A stretch of DNA of 63,316 nt, filler included, from Saprolegnia diclina VS20 (taxonomy: Eukaryota): NCBI RefSeq assembly GCF_000281045.1. It is 15 parts of 6 records of this genome, joined end to end, with 100 filler letters (N's around TTAATTAATTAA, not from the genome) between each part and the next. Parts side by side here need not be neighbours in the genome. Positions count along the whole stretch, not along the records: positions 1 to 13,919 come from NW_008246238.1; positions 14,020 to 17,358 come from NW_008246238.1; positions 17,459 to 18,511 come from NW_008246239.1; positions 18,612 to 24,906 come from NW_008246239.1; 11 more parts are not named here. One strand, 5' to 3'. Below, piece by piece: positions 11,860 through 25,006 of this stretch. Every line of letters begins with the position of its first letter. Positions within the stretch are counted from its first letter, which is position 1. The translations under genes and the position numbers were made by a program. Under the pieces are notes generated by a model. That model saw nothing but the letters and a program-made list of their open reading frames with translations. It was not told where the DNA came from and made no database searches.

Positions 11860-13700
11860 TGGAGGGTGATTGCCCACCGCTCCCAAGGACGCACTCGAGC
11901 TTTTGGTCAGCATGACGACGGCCATCGAGAAGCTCACGCAGCAGTCGACGGCGACGCAGCGCGACGTCCTGAACCATGTGCAGCCGCTGCGGTGCCATTA
12001 AAGAGGACCTCATACTCCACTACCAGCAGTTGTAGCTCCGCTGGACCGCCGACGACTCGTCCGACCCGAGCACTTTGACATGCGCTTGTTCCAGCTTACG
12101 TTCACCGACCCGGCCACTGTGTGGGTGCGCACCTAGTTTACGGCTGGCAACTCGTTCAAGACGCTTGGCTAGAGAGTTGACATCCAGGAACGGCTCCGTG
12201 AATATTGTCCAACCTCCGCCAAAGCAACTGCGCGGGTGGGCTGAACGAGTACGTCCAACTGCTCCGCAAGATCATGGCGCGAGTGACCAACAAGATCACG
12301 TATTTCATCCGTGGCCTCAAGTCGCAGACAAAGATGGAGCTGGTCTCCGCGAGATCGGCTTTCCCTCGAACGCATGTCGGCTTTGAACGTGCATTTTGGC
12401 GACGAGCGTGAGCTCAATGATCGTTGTGACCAGGACGCCATGGACGAGGCCAAGCCGCGCCGCAGCAGGGATCATCCCAGTGAGGTCCTGGTGTTGTCGA
12501 TCCCAGTGAAACCGACCAACGAGCGTGCAGGACCAACCCTCCCGACTACCAACCCGTCCGACGTCCTCTCGGACGATGAGGGGACGAGGCTCTCAAGCAA
12601 GAAGAGCTTGCCGCTCTCTCAAATGAAGAAGGCTCGCCCGAAGCCTTGCCGTCCCCCCGTGCCCATCCCTACGTCCGAGCCCGTCATGGACGTGTACGGC
12701 ATGGTCATAAGCTGGACATGTACATCGCCGACGATGCCTCGGACGAAGGCAGCGACGCTGCAAGCCTAATAGTGCCGTGTGTGACGCCTCAGAAGCGCTG
12801 TCCGACGTCACTGACCAAGAACTCGTCGACGTTCTTGTGGCGCTTGAGGACCTGCACATCATCGAGACGCTCTGTGCCAACATGCGTTTTGGCCAAGACC
12901 CGGTCTGGAAGGTAGTTTTGATTTCTCCGACGAGGATGCGGCCCCGAGTATGTGTTCTTCAGCCCGCCCAAGTCGTCCAAACCGCCTGCGAAGACGACCA
13001 AGGTGCAAGTCAACACAATGGCCACGTCCCACTGTTGTACAAGAGCTCATGATCCCCAACGGCGCGATTTGACGGCCATGGCGCTCGCACCTTCCTCAAT
13101 TGCGGTGCGATGAACCAACAATGATATGCGATACGTTTGGCGGCTCGATCGTCGAGGCTGTCGAAGACTCAACAGCAGCGTCCAGAAGCAGGTCAACCCG
13201 TGTATGTCGTCGCGATCGGCAACCACACGTTCCCGCAGCTTGAGAAGATCGCGTGGGACTTTGTCGACACCATTTCCGTCGTTCTACGAGTACTATGTTG
13301 GACACTTGAGCTTGGAGGCAAAAGGAAAACTGAATTCGATCGACCATTTACAAAGCTAAACCTAAACCCGCTCGTAGAGGCTTAGCAACTTGAACTTCAT
13401 CTTGAACTGCAAGTTGTCATGGAGAAGAGAACACACGCGCTGGATCGCGGATCCCAGCCGTGACATACTACCTCACGATCAACTGGCGCACTCGGCTGTC
13501 AACCCCAAGCCGCCAGTGCGCCGTTTCGGTTGCCACCGCGCCTGACGAAGAGCACCTACGCGGTCCGGTCGGAGGAGGACTGTCTCATTAACGCCACTGT
13601 TGCAGAGCTTGTCGAGACGCGGTCCAAGACTCTAGCGTAGGTGGTCGTCGAGGAGTGACGCCTTCCTGAACACTATGGGGTCCGCCTCTCGCCCATGGAG
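11860..13700 (+). CDS. Hypothetical multi-exon protein, possibly degraded
   Basis: Chain of coding-like ORFs (12205-12411, 12311-12769, 12777-12912, 13137-13290) with splice-like junctions. No recognisable domain, and stops occur in the distal part. Confidence 0.3.
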
Positions 13701-13919
13701 AGCTACTGCTCGACGACTTTTTGGTTCCTCAACAAGAGATGGATCCAAGTCTCCACTAGCGCTTGCGTCGCGAACGTCTTTGGGTGCCCAAACGCAGCGG
13801 TGATGGCGAGCTGCCGTCGCGAGCCCAGTATGTCAAGTCGCTCTCGTCACAGTTGGGAATATATTTGTGTCTGATTGAACAATCCGCACAGCAAAAGATA
13901 AGCGCAGACACAGCAATTC

Positions 13920-14019
13920 NNNNNNNNNNNNNNNNNNNNNNNNNNNNNNNNNNNNNNNNNNNNTTAATTAATTAANNNNNNNNNNNNNNNNNNNNNNNNN
14001 NNNNNNNNNNNNNNNNNNN
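13920..14019. other. Artificial contig spacer N-TTAATTAATTAA-N (14 occurrences)
   Basis: Six-frame-stop linker inside N runs at ~13964, 17403, 18556, 24951, 27059, 28307, 29727, 31131, 33736, 52378, 55889, 58431, 60516 and 62052. Confidence 0.97.
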
Positions 14020-14160
14020 TGCCAGTGGTCGCCATGCAAGCGCTTGTACGAACGCCTCATATTCAATTCAAAATCCATTCAATCACTTGTTTCTACTACA
14101 CGGTTTGACCTTGCTTCGACTACGAAGCTTCACGAGGTGACACCCTGTTGGTCTCGAGAC

Positions 14161-16200
14161 CTACTGAAAGGTCGCGTCGCACACGCGCTTGATGAGGTCG
14201 TCGTCGGCAGCCTGGGGCATCGTGACGGTCAGGAGCGGGTCGACCTCCATCTCGCGCGCGATCGCAAAGCACGCATTGTCGTTGCGGCCCCACGCGCGGC
14301 GTGAGACGCCGTTGTTGACGTCCCAGCGCAACATGCTCGCGGCCTTGCGCTCCGCGGCCTGCGACCCGTCGAGCACGTGGCCGAACCCACCGTTCATGAC
14401 CTGGCCCCAGCCGCAACCGCCGCCGTTGTGGATCGAGACCCACGTCGCGCCGCGCGCCGCGTCGCCAATCACGTTGTGGATCGCCATGTCGGCGCAAAAC
14501 ATCGAGCCGTCCGTGACATTGGACGTCTCGCGGAACGGCGAGTCGGTGCCCGAGACGTCGTGGTGGTCGCGCGAGAGCACGACGGGCGCCGAGAGCTCGC
14601 CGGACGCGATCGCTTGGTTGAGCGCAATCGCAATGCTGGCGCGCGCGTGGCGGTCGGCGTACAGAATGCGCGCTTGCGTGCCGACGACCATCTTGTTTTC
14701 GTCCGCGGCTTCGATCCAGCGAATGTTGTCGCGGAGCTGCGCGGCCACGAGCGGCGGCGCGGTCGCGAGGTACTCGTTGAGGATGCGGCCGGCGATCGCG
14801 TCCGTCTTGAGCAAGTCGGCCTCGTCGCCCGACGTGCACACCCAGCGGAACGGACCAAAGCCGAGCGAGAAGATGTCGCCCATAATGTCCTGCACGTACG
14901 ACGGGTACTTGAAGCCGTCTTCCAAGTCGTCCGACTTGTAAATGTCGGCGCCGGCGCGGCTCGCCTCGAGCAAGAACGAGTTGCCATAGTCCCAAAAGTA
15001 CATGCCCTTGGCTGTGAGCCGGTTGATCGCGCTCACGTGGCGAAGCAGCGACGACTGCACGAGCTCCTTGAAGTGCGCCGGGTCCGACGCCATCATCTTG
15101 AGCGCGTCGTCGAACGAGAGCTGCACCGGGTAGTACCCGCCGTTGTACGGGTTGTGCAACGACGTCTGGTCCGAGCCGAGGTCCACGAGGTGCTCGCCCG
15201 CGTCCGCCGCGTCCGCAAGCGCCTCCCAGAGGTCCACGACGTTGCCGTGGTACGCGATCGAGACGACGCGCTGGTCCTTGCGCGCGGACCGGATCATGTC
15301 GAGGCACTGCGGCAAGGTCGTCGCGATCTCGTTGACCCAGCCCTGCGCGTGGCGCTTCTCGATGGCCGCATAGTCGACCTCGGCCGTGACCGAGATCATG
15401 CCGGCAATGACACCGGCCTTGGGCTGCGCGCCCGACATGCCGCCGAGACCCGACGAGACGTACACGACGCCCTTCATGCTCTCCTTCCCGAGGTACTTGC
15501 GCGCCGCGTTCATGACCGTGATGGTCGTGCCGTGCACGATGCCCTGGGGTCCAATGTAGCAGTAGCTACCCGCCGTCATCTGGCCATACTGCGTGTTGCC
15601 CATCGCGTAAAGCTTGTCGTACATCTCGCGCGTGCTGTAGTTGGGGATCATCATGCCGTTGGTCACAATCATGCGCGGCGCGTCCGGCGACGACGGAAAG
15701 AGACCCGCGGGGTGGCCCGAGTAGAGCACGAGCGTCTGGTCCTCCGTCATTTCCGAGAGGTACTTCATCACGAGGAGGTACTGCGCCCAGTTGGAGAAGA
15801 CGCTGCCGTTGCCGCCGTACGTGATGAGGTGCGCGGGGAACTGCGCAATCGCCTTGTCCAAGTTGTTCATGATCATCATCATGATCGCCTTGGCGGATGT
15901 CGTCTTGGCCGGGTACCAATCGACCGGGTACCCCTTCATCTCGTACTCGGTGGGCCGGAAGCGGTACATGTAGATGTGGCCCTCGTCCTTGAGCTCCTGC
16001 GCAAACTCGGGCGCGAGCGTCGCATGCCACGCAGACGGAAAGTAGCGCAGCGCGTTCTTGATGGCGAGGCGCGTCTCGCGCTCCGTGAGGTTGGGCGTGC
16101 GCACGGGCGCCTGCGGCACGGTCAGGTCCTTGCCCGGGTGCGCCGGCAGCGTCTGCCCGAGGCCGCGCGTGAGCACCTGGAGGACGGTCGGGTTGGTCAT
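14161..16200 (-). CDS. hutU: Urocanate hydratase (long eukaryotic-type, ~679 aa, intronless)
   Basis: Signature motifs GQMTAGSYCYIGPQGIVHGT, GLGGMSGAQ, SDQTSLHNP, GFGPFRW, SRDHHDVSGTDSPFRETSN and HNGGGCGWG. Likely start MTNPTV at 16200. Confidence 0.97.
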   Translation of the reverse strand: MTNPTVLQVLTRGLGQTLPAHPGKDLTVPQAPVRTPNLTERETRLAIKNALRYFPSAWHATLAPEFAQELKDEGHIYMYRFRPTEYEMKGYPVDWYPAKTTSAKAIMMMIMNNLDKAIAQFPAHLITYGGNGSVFSNWAQYLLVMKYLSEMTEDQTLVLYSGHPAGLFPSSPDAPRMIVTNGMMIPNYSTREMYDKLYAMGNTQYGQMTAGSYCYIGPQGIVHGTTITVMNAARKYLGKESMKGVVYVSSGLGGMSGAQPKAGVIAGMISVTAEVDYAAIEKRHAQGWVNEIATTLPQCLDMIRSARKDQRVVSIAYHGNVVDLWEALADAADAGEHLVDLGSDQTSLHNPYNGGYYPVQLSFDDALKMMASDPAHFKELVQSSLLRHVSAINRLTAKGMYFWDYGNSFLLEASRAGADIYKSDDLEDGFKYPSYVQDIMGDIFSLGFGPFRWVCTSGDEADLLKTDAIAGRILNEYLATAPPLVAAQLRDNIRWIEAADENKMVVGTQARILYADRHARASIAIALNQAIASGELSAPVVLSRDHHDVSGTDSPFRETSNVTDGSMFCADMAIHNVIGDAARGATWVSIHNGGGCGWGQVMNGGFGHVLDGSQAAERKAASMLRWDVNNGVSRRAWGRNDNACFAIAREMEVDPLLTVTMPQAADDDLIKRVCDATFQ

Positions 16201-16770
16201 GCTCGTGCTTTGGAGGCAAATTCGAAAATGATCTTTCAAGTCGTCCGCCATGTCCCCAAAATAGCCGCAAGCATACAAACACCAAGCTAATTTTACGCCA
16301 AGCGGAGCGGAGAGTGGGATCGCCATCATCCACTTCAACGGGGTCATTTAAAACGAAAAGCGTATTGTTTTTATGCAGCGCATTTGCATTTAAATACTTG
16401 GAAACCACATACATCAACTGTCTCTTCGCCTCTCTTTTTATTCCAAAAAGACACGGAAAACACCATTGTATTATGCGCTCAAGCCCACAATGAATTCCAA
16501 TTTAGATCACGACGATGCGACCGGCGGCCGATGGCGAATATGCCGCCAGCGCCCACCACCCGACATCGACACCTCTCTCGGATGGACAAAAACCATTCGA
16601 CGTCGAGAGCGTCCTAGCACCAGCCTACATAACCCCTGCACCACGTCGCTACGATACCGACGCTGATACTATGAGGCAGAGAGACCGCGAGGGCCGCCGA
16701 CGAAAAAACACCTGGCGTGACGTGTGGACCTCCTGCGCTGTTTCGGAACCGGATCTCTGATGCGAATATC

Positions 16771-17358
16771 GACAACATGCGTTTCCGTCCTGGCTTCTTG
16801 ATGCGAATATGCAGACTCGGGTCGGATGAGAGCGCCATCACCGCACAAAGCGGATCACCGCGACGCGAGACGTGTAGCAGCACATGGATGAAGGAAGATC
16901 CACGGTGGTGTAGGGTCGCCACTCGGAAGAAGAAGAGTGTTGTCGTATATGGAACGACGGTGCCATCCCAAAGCAGCTCTTGCGCAGGAGCGAAAGCAAC
17001 CGTGCGCACCGACCACTCAGCACCATTAGCATTCAATGCAGCAGACCAAGGGTCTAGAGTAACATTGAAAATCCCAAGCAACGCAAAATGTCAGTGCATC
17101 CAGTACAACGTGTGAAAGTGGTGCTCAGCGCTGATGATTTATGATCTGGGTCATGCAGTATGACAAGAAGCGCAAGGCTTTGCCGCTTCAGGCGCGGAAG
17201 ATCCGTTGCCAGCCCTCGCGCTGGAGTTTCCATTCCTTCATCCATGTGCTGCTACACGTCTCGCGTCGCGGTGATCCGCTTTGTGCGGTGATGGCGCTCT
17301 CATCCGACCCGAGTCTGCATATTCGCATCAAGAAGCCAGGACGGAAACGCATGTTGTC
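16771..17358. repeat. Perfect 126-bp inverted repeat (16771-16896 / 17233-17358)
   Basis: gacaacatgcgtttccgtcc...ggatgaaggaa is the exact reverse complement of ttccttcatcc...gcatgttgtc, which runs to the contig end. Confidence 0.92.
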
Positions 17359-17458
17359 NNNNNNNNNNNNNNNNNNNNNNNNNNNNNNNNNNNNNNNNNN
17401 NNTTAATTAATTAANNNNNNNNNNNNNNNNNNNNNNNNNNNNNNNNNNNNNNNNNNNN

Positions 17459-17583
17459 GAGACGCGCGTGCCGAGGTACTCTTTGGTTGTCATCTTGGGC
17501 TGCGTGGCCTTGAAAGGCACGACATCCGGGCTGTTTGTTGGTGTCTGGACCACCGCATAGTCGTTCTTGGGCGTCGACGCCAT
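17459..17583 (-). CDS. 5' fragment of hypothetical protein (MASTPKNDYAVVQTP...)
   Basis: ATG preceded by Inr-like cacattcctcactttt. Paralogous start at 26983. Truncated by the contig end. Confidence 0.55.
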
Positions 17584-18842
17584 GGACGAAGCAAAAGGAA
17601 AAGTGAGGAATGTGTTTTTGGAAACACTTACGCTCCTCAAACTTATGTTTGGAGCAAAGATGTGCCCGATCAGCTCGTGGATGATTCGCCCGGTTTGGTT
17701 CCTCGGAATGAGGTTCGACGTTTATCTAGTTGAAGTTGTCTTATGGATCGAGAGACACGCGTGCATGATTAATGACGTTGTGTGTTGCAGAGTTCCCACC
17801 AGATTGCACAACCGGATTTCGACCTGAATTAGGCCAGTCTGCTGGCTTTGCAGTATCGGTGCCAAGTTGGTCGATGTTCAAATGTATATCTCTCTACTAG
17901 CGTTGAAATAACTACATTTAATGTAGTTATTTCGAGCCGCCGAGGCGCCACCGGCCGAGGCGATAGTAGGCTTCAAAAAGTTGATGTGCGCATACTGATC
18001 GCCGGGCAACAGCGCGGTTTGGAGGGCAACGACGCACCTGCATGAAGTACGGGCAAGAGGAACGCGTGTCGCCTTGGGGTTCTGGTTGCTGCTTGTCCGT
18101 CGCTATCGTCGTCGGCTTGCATATCCTATACAGCGACGCATGCTCAACAAATAGTTGAATCATTCTCTTTTTCTAGGCGACAGAGCTTTGCTAGTAGCTA
18201 TAAGCTTGCCCGACGAGTGGTGCTTCATAGTAGTATGCGTAGTCGAAGGCGTCGTCGAGGTTGGCTGGAGCAACACTGTAGTACGAAGACTCTGGTTCTC
18301 TTCGAATTGGTGAGAAACGCGCGGGGCAAAGCTCCTTGGACCACAGTAGCCACCGTGAACGTTTTGTAGTAGCTACGGCGCATCGCCCGACGATGTGAAC
18401 GGATGCCGAGCTCCGGCGGACCAGATGCGGCCACTCCGATCACGAATGTGCGACGCAGCCGGCACCCTCTTCGTCATCAAGGGTCCTTGGCCGTCGCCGC
18501 AAAGGCGTGTANNNNNNNNNNNNNNNNNNNNNNNNNNNNNNNNNNNNNNNNNNNNTTAATTAATTAANNNNNNNNNNNNNNNNNNNNNNNNNNNNNNNNN
18601 NNNNNNNNNNNATCGGTCGACGATGGGACGTGGATGTGTGAATCTTGTATTTTGTTAATGAAATTTGAATGCAACCAAGCATGTTGGTTGTTGACTTTTT
18701 GCCAATCCGTAAATTGGACAATTTTTGTCCATTTTGGTGCGCCACGAGCCAACAGCGACAACCCTAGAATGATCAAGCACGATGCGTACATGTAGAATTC
18801 TATATAAAATGGCACACTATTTCGCATGAAATTGCGATACAA

Positions 18843-21800
18843 TCATGGCGTTGTCGCTTCAGCAATGCGAAGGGCGCTTGGCGGGGGTCCGTCTGCGCTG
18901 TCCTCCCGAAGCGGAGGCATCGATGATGATGATGGGCGGTGGGCTTCGGTCGCCTGCTCCTCGTTGATGTCAAGAGGGAGTTGGAGGGCGCTTCCCACGC
19001 TCGCCGCCAGCGCGCCAAGAGCTGTCAAGATGGCTCCACCGATCGAGTCGCGAATGACTTCGTCGCAGCGCGCACCGTGAACAAACTCAAAGAAGACCAT
19101 GTAATCGGTGCGGGCGCGGCTTGGCGGCGTTATGGGCACGCTGAGCTCGTCCAGCAAGAGCGCCGTTCCTTCGTCCAGCGCCGTGCCTCGCCATGCATGG
19201 GCGACGACCGCCTGTAGCGCCTCTACGTGGGCTCGCAAGCGCACGCTGAGATCCGCAAAGAGGACGGCTTCGGTGCCACAGCGGCAGTCGATGGCGCGCG
19301 CGATCTCGAGAGCGACTTGCTTTTTGAATTGGCCGAGCACATGCACGTCCGGTGCACTTAGGGTTTTGGCGTCGGCGATCGGCAGTTCTTCGAGCATTCT
19401 CTGGGTGTCATTTAACGGCTTGTAGAGCGATGCCTCGAGCGTTCGTAGTGCTGACTGCCATGCGAGCCGCAGCGCCGCATTACCGACCACCGACACTGCC
19501 TCGTCGTCGCTCAGCGGAAGGTCACGCATCCGAACCGACTCGGCAAACACGGGGTTGCGCACGGTGGGCCAGAGGTCCATGAGGTGGCTACGATCGCTTG
19601 CTGAGAGGTACGACTCGAGCCGGAGAACGCAGCGTGCGTAGCCGACGAGGGCTTGCGTGCGTGCGCGTTCGAGTCGACAATTGACGGTCTGGCTCATCAT
19701 AGCGATGAGCACGTTCAAGAGCAAGATGGCGACGACGCCCGAGTGGCACATCATGATGAGCGCCGTGACCGAGTAAAGAACGCCGTACGGGTCGGTGGTA
19801 GCATCAAATGCTGCAAGTGCGTCGATCTGTAGCGCGCCAAACGCGACAAAGTACGTCGTCATGAACGCCTGGGGGGGCGTGTTGAACTTGGGCGCGTTCA
19901 CTCGAAGAAAGAGGAGGTAGTAGGCCACCGAGAGCGCGAGCTGGAAGACGCCAAAGAACATGAAAAAATTGCCCACGTCGCCGAGGAGGTCTGAGAGGAT
20001 CGGGAGGAGGTACCCGGCGCTCAGAACGACTTCAATGCACTGGACGGACGCGACACCGAGGATGAGCGAGATTGAGCTGCCGAGCGCGACGTAGATTTGC
20101 CATTGCGTCTCGATCCAGCCGAGGTGCATGGGCACAAACACGCTCAAGAGCGTCGTAAAGACTGCACACTCGGCGACGTTGAGCGGGGACGCCCAGTACG
20201 TCCGCGACCGCATCTCGTTGCGCTCGCGCACGAGCCCCGACGCCGCGGCCAACCAGAGCGCGATTGCATTGAGCGTCGGGTACCAGTCGCGGCCGTTGAT
20301 TCCGAGCTGCCACACGAGCGGCGCCGCGATCGCGGTCGTGAGACAGACCACGGCGATGAGCACGCCGGCGTACACACGGCGCTTGTAGGCCGCCAGCTGT
20401 GGCATGACGACAAAGGTGCGCGCGGTCGATCTGTCGTGGAAGAGCCGCGCGAGCCGCCAGAGCAGTTGCGGACGTAGTGCTTGGGCGCCGAGATAGCCAA
20501 TGCCGCAGAGCACGAGCGACGTGAGCGTCACGGCAGCAAACACTTGAACGCTCTCAAAGTCCGTGCCGGGCGAGAGCAGCGTCGCCATGACCGAGGTGAG
20601 GACGAGGCGCGTATTGAGAAGGAGTTGCTCCGTGTACACGCGGCGTCCGCTGAGCTCCCACTTGATTTGCAGCAGTCGCGTAATGGCCACGTGCTCGAGG
20701 CACATTTTCTGCGCCTGTGACCCGCTCGGGAGCTCAAGCAAAAGGTGCAGCACGCTGCTCTTGGTGTCGCTCACGCCGTTGACCGTCTCCATCTAGGTTG
20801 TGTGTGCATCAACCATAGATTTGGCTCCAGTACATGGCTAAAATGCACATGGCGGCTCACGAGACGGGCGCAACCGTTCAAAATGCTGCGGCCAAGGTCC
20901 CCGTCGTACAGGATCGCGCTATGGAACCAGTCCGAGTTGAGCGCTTCGTCCGTAGGGATGTTGGCCAATCGCGCGGCAAAGGTCGCTCGGTACGTCGCCG
21001 ATTTGCGACGCTCCATTTCCGAAAAGATCAAGTCGCGAATGTGCCGCCGGGTATTGTGGTTCGGACCCTTGTCGCCGTCGATGTCCAACGCGCGCTCCAT
21101 CACATCCAGTGCCGTTTCGCCGCGCTACGTCAAGACAAGTTGCCCATTAGTATGTTGTACGACGTCGTACTTTGTTGGTGACGCCAATGTTGTTCATGTG
21201 TACGAGGAGCACTTCGACGACGGCCACGTGGCAGTAGAGGGCGGCGATCGAGAGCGCTGTCTCGCCATACTATACAATCTTTCATCTCGGTAGTCGCTAT
21301 CAAAAGAGGTGTACCCGCGTGCGCATGTCGGTGCGCGCGCCGAGCTCGATGAGGGCGACGACAAAAGCTTGCTTGCCACGCTCCGCGGCGAGGATCAGCG
21401 GCGTCTTGCTATCCTAGAAAGCAAAGTCATCGTGTAGTCCTTGGCTGGATGGACGCACGGCGTCGCGGTGGTTTAAAAGACTTCGACAGTCCGTAATGCG
21501 CTCGAAAACACTCGGGTCTGGCCCGTGTAAGACCGCGACATGCACGAGCGTCATCTTAGCCTGTCCAAACCAGGTGTGTCCATATGTCCTCTCCACATTG
21601 TCTACCTTCTTGGTGGCACCTATGTCTTGGATGTCGACCACGCCAACGTTGACGTACTCGGGGTAGTCGCGCTGCAGCACCTCCTTCTCTGCGTGGAAGG
21701 TCACACAGTCGCGAACAAGGGGTGCCGACTCGAGCTCTGTCCTCTCCGCGTCCTATACGCAGTGTCAATACTTGGTCACGCCTACGATGCAGCCTACCGA

Positions 21801-24202
21801 CGCATGCTCGGTGAGCACGGGTGTCGGCAATGCCCCAGCCTTCAAGAGGCACAGCGCGATGTCGCTGTGGTGGTTCAAAATCGCGATGGCAAGGGGCGAC
21901 CCGACACCCTAGTGCACGATAACCTTGTCATCTCTCGAGAGAACAATGCCTACTTGTTCCGGCGGCGCGTTGAGGTCCACGGGTGGATCTTGCGATAGCA
22001 CCAGCTCGAGATGACGCACGTGACCAAACTCACAGATCCGAGAGAGCGTTTTGGCGGCCTACGTCATCCTGGTTCCATGCATGTTCGACGCCCTGTGGTA
22101 CCAAGTCGGGTGTCGCAGCTGCTTCGAAGAGGTTGGGCGTGATGGCCAACAGCATTTCGAGCTCCTCCCAGCGGTAGCCATCGAGGTAATCTTCGAATTG
22201 TTGCAGCGTCTTCTTCGGGGATGCGTGCACGAGCGATGGAGCCTACCACCACCATATCATTCAGGGAGTGCGCTAGTACCAGCGGTCACCATTGGTACGT
22301 CGACGAGACGCGACTGCGTAAACTGCGTCAAGTACGTCAGCAGCCGAAGCGCCTCGTGGTTCACATTTCGTCGCTGCCTGTTCACGCCACGTACGCCCTG
22401 GATCGCGTGATCGAGCATCGATTTTTCTTTCTAGAATGACCTTTTGTACTTGATTCACATGCAAAGAATTATGTCGTACCGCATCGCGCATCTCGACGAA
22501 TTGATCCATCGACGAATAGGGTAGCAGCGCCTGGACGACGTGAAGCCGGGCTTGCTTGACAGCGTGCATCAGCACGGTGCGACCACCCTATTTACCCGCT
22601 CTTGCAACGCTTACGACGTACTAGTATTCGGTACCACATCGCGGCAGGTCAAGGACGCCGCAACGTCAGAGCGCGCGTCGACGAGCCGTGCGTGCGCGGC
22701 GTCCAATGTCGCCGGCGTGAGCCGGGCGCTCCTGGACGCGGGCAAGTCTTTTTTGGGGAGCCATGGGGGCGCGACCAGCACACACTCGCTGACGCCGTCG
22801 ACTTCCTGTAGATACACCCGCCCGTCGGCGTACGTTCCGACGTACACGGTCTCGCCCGTCTCGGTGACGCGGGTGAGCGAAATCGTGGACCCACGCATAA
22901 CACCATAGTACGTTGGCGCCGTGACGGATGTGAACTCAAGGCCCAAGAGAGCGACCGACGCGCCGTCGTCATCGCCTTTGTTCTCAAACGGAAAGAGCTG
23001 GAGGCTCAGCGTGAACGACGGCGCGCTAAAGTCCTCGGTGGCCGAGACGACACGCCACGGCTCCCAGTTGTCGCCGCTGCTGGAATGGATGCCGAGACGG
23101 CGGCACAGTCCGCGGACGTCTCCATTGCGCGCCAAACAGTGCAATGGGTGGTCAATGCGAAAAGCCACTTCGCTCATGAGCTCGACGTTCTCCTCGTCTG
23201 TCTACGACAATGATCGTTGTACGTTATCAGTGGGAGACACGAGATGGCACCGTGTCGATGGTGGCGTTGGCCATGAGCAGCTGCTGCATCGTCTGCTGCA
23301 CTCGGATGCTGCTGGGAAATGTCGCGGCGAGGCCAAGCGCCGTCTCGCCCGCCTACCAAATCGCTCAACCCTACCCTCAAGCATAGAGCTGTACGTTGTT
23401 TGTGGCATCGACGTCCGCGCCGGCTGCCACTAGAATCGGCACGAGATGACTGTGGCACACTCGCACTGCTTCATGGAGTGGCGTATCACCCAACTAGACA
23501 GCAGGATCGATGCCATTTACTGACTGCATCTCTTCGCGTACACGTGTCGCTGTCGTGACCGACGCTTTGTACGTGTCGAGCAGCAACGTCACAACGTCAA
23601 CGACACCCGTCTTGACTGCCACATGCAGCAGCGTCTCGCCCGCCTACGACGCTGAATAAGCCGCGTCAGATGGCAGAGCTAGACGGACTGGTGTCACGGC
23701 TGCGTTAATATCGATGCCCTGCATCATCGGAAGGACCAAGGCGACGACGTTAGCATCCCGAATCTGCACGGCACAGAGCGGCAGCGAGGAGTACTACACA
23801 TGTATGTACTCTAAAGTCAATGACAACCACGTGCAAGAGCAAACGTTGGGAATTGACTTTGCTGATGGCTGTGTCAGGACGTGTTGCAGCACCTCCAAGT
23901 GCTTGGCCTTGCACGCGACCGAGAGAATCGTTTCTTCATTCTACAACAACGCGTGTGGGGACTCTCGTTAATGGTTGGTAGCATGTACTAGTACGCACGT
24001 GGATATCTGCGAGGTCGATCGCGGATGTTGCGCTCTCCAAGCGCGCCACGACTTGATCTCGCTGGCCTTGCATAAAGAGTCGCACGAGGGGCGGGCCATC
24101 ATAGGTGACCGACTCGGTCACGAGCGGTGACGCTACGTTGGGTACGGACGACGGCGCCACGCGGTGCCCGAACCACGACTTGGTGTTTTTTTGCTCCGCC
24201 AT
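18843..24202 (-). CDS. Ankyrin-repeat TRP-like cation channel, multi-exon
   Basis: Ankyrin exons (ETILSVACKAKHLEV, GETLLHVAVKTG, HPLHCLARNGD, LMHAVKQARLHVV, KTPLILAAERG). The last exon has LEHVAITRLLQIKW, multiple TM helices, a pore-like FMTTYFVAFG and S6 ILLLNVLIAMM. Confidence 0.75.
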
Positions 24203-25006
24203 CGCCGCCGATCCACTGTCCGATGGGGAATGTGGTCGAAGGACGTTGTTTATCGAAGAAAAATCAAACGTTCGGTGGGATTTCCGTCGTAACAAGATAC
24301 GACATCCACGAAGCAGAAACGAGAGCTTTCAAACGTTTGATAGCGTCACACGGTGACGTGTGCACGACCTTGATCGACGTTGCTCAAATTCCCGACATTT
24401 CCACATTATTCTAACCGAAATGCAGCATTTTTTTGTCCAAATTTCGTGAATTCCAATTGGTAACCAGGTTACAAAGCTTATGGCATAAACAGTACTTGGA
24501 CAAGTACTCTGGACTAATTCGATTGGCTTTTGTGACCCAGGGTGGAAAAGAGTGGCAGTTGCCTCCGTTGCATGGCCGGTGTTTGTCCAGTTGACCACGT
24601 ACTATGACGTCCAAATGATGCCACTTTGCACAAATCTTGCCCACATTGCCCTTTCCAATGTTCACACAATAGTCGAATTCAATTCACAAAATACACGATC
24701 CACATCCTACAGTCTCGCCCTTTTCTTTACATCTTGGGCTTTTCAACATCATCGTCGTCGTCGTCCACAAGCGGACCGTCGAGGGTCTCGTCGTGATCAA
24801 ACTCTTGGCCGCGCTTCTCGGGCCCGAGAAACGTCAGCAGCGCCAGCGACCCGAGCACGATCGCCAAGAGGACTGCAATCACCTTGGCGTAGTCGTAGCG
24901 CTCGACNNNNNNNNNNNNNNNNNNNNNNNNNNNNNNNNNNNNNNNNNNNNTTAATTAATTAANNNNNNNNNNNNNNNNNNNNNNNNNNNNNNNNNNNNNN
25001 NNNNNN

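Noticed and set aside
13964..13975. Recurrent palindromic TTAATTAATTAA as a regulatory or recombination site
   Set aside because: Always embedded in N runs of fixed length; an artificial six-frame-stop contig linker.
14377..16290. 637-aa antisense ORF overlapping urocanase (also 580-aa 31386-33128 and similar)
   Set aside because: Shadow ORFs produced by high GC3 codon bias on the opposite strand; no motifs.
14161..16347. Longer 728-aa start for urocanase / bacterial contamination
   Set aside because: The extension is AT-rich promoter-like DNA. The ~679-aa form matches the long eukaryotic-type length, and the GC/codon style matches neighbouring genes.
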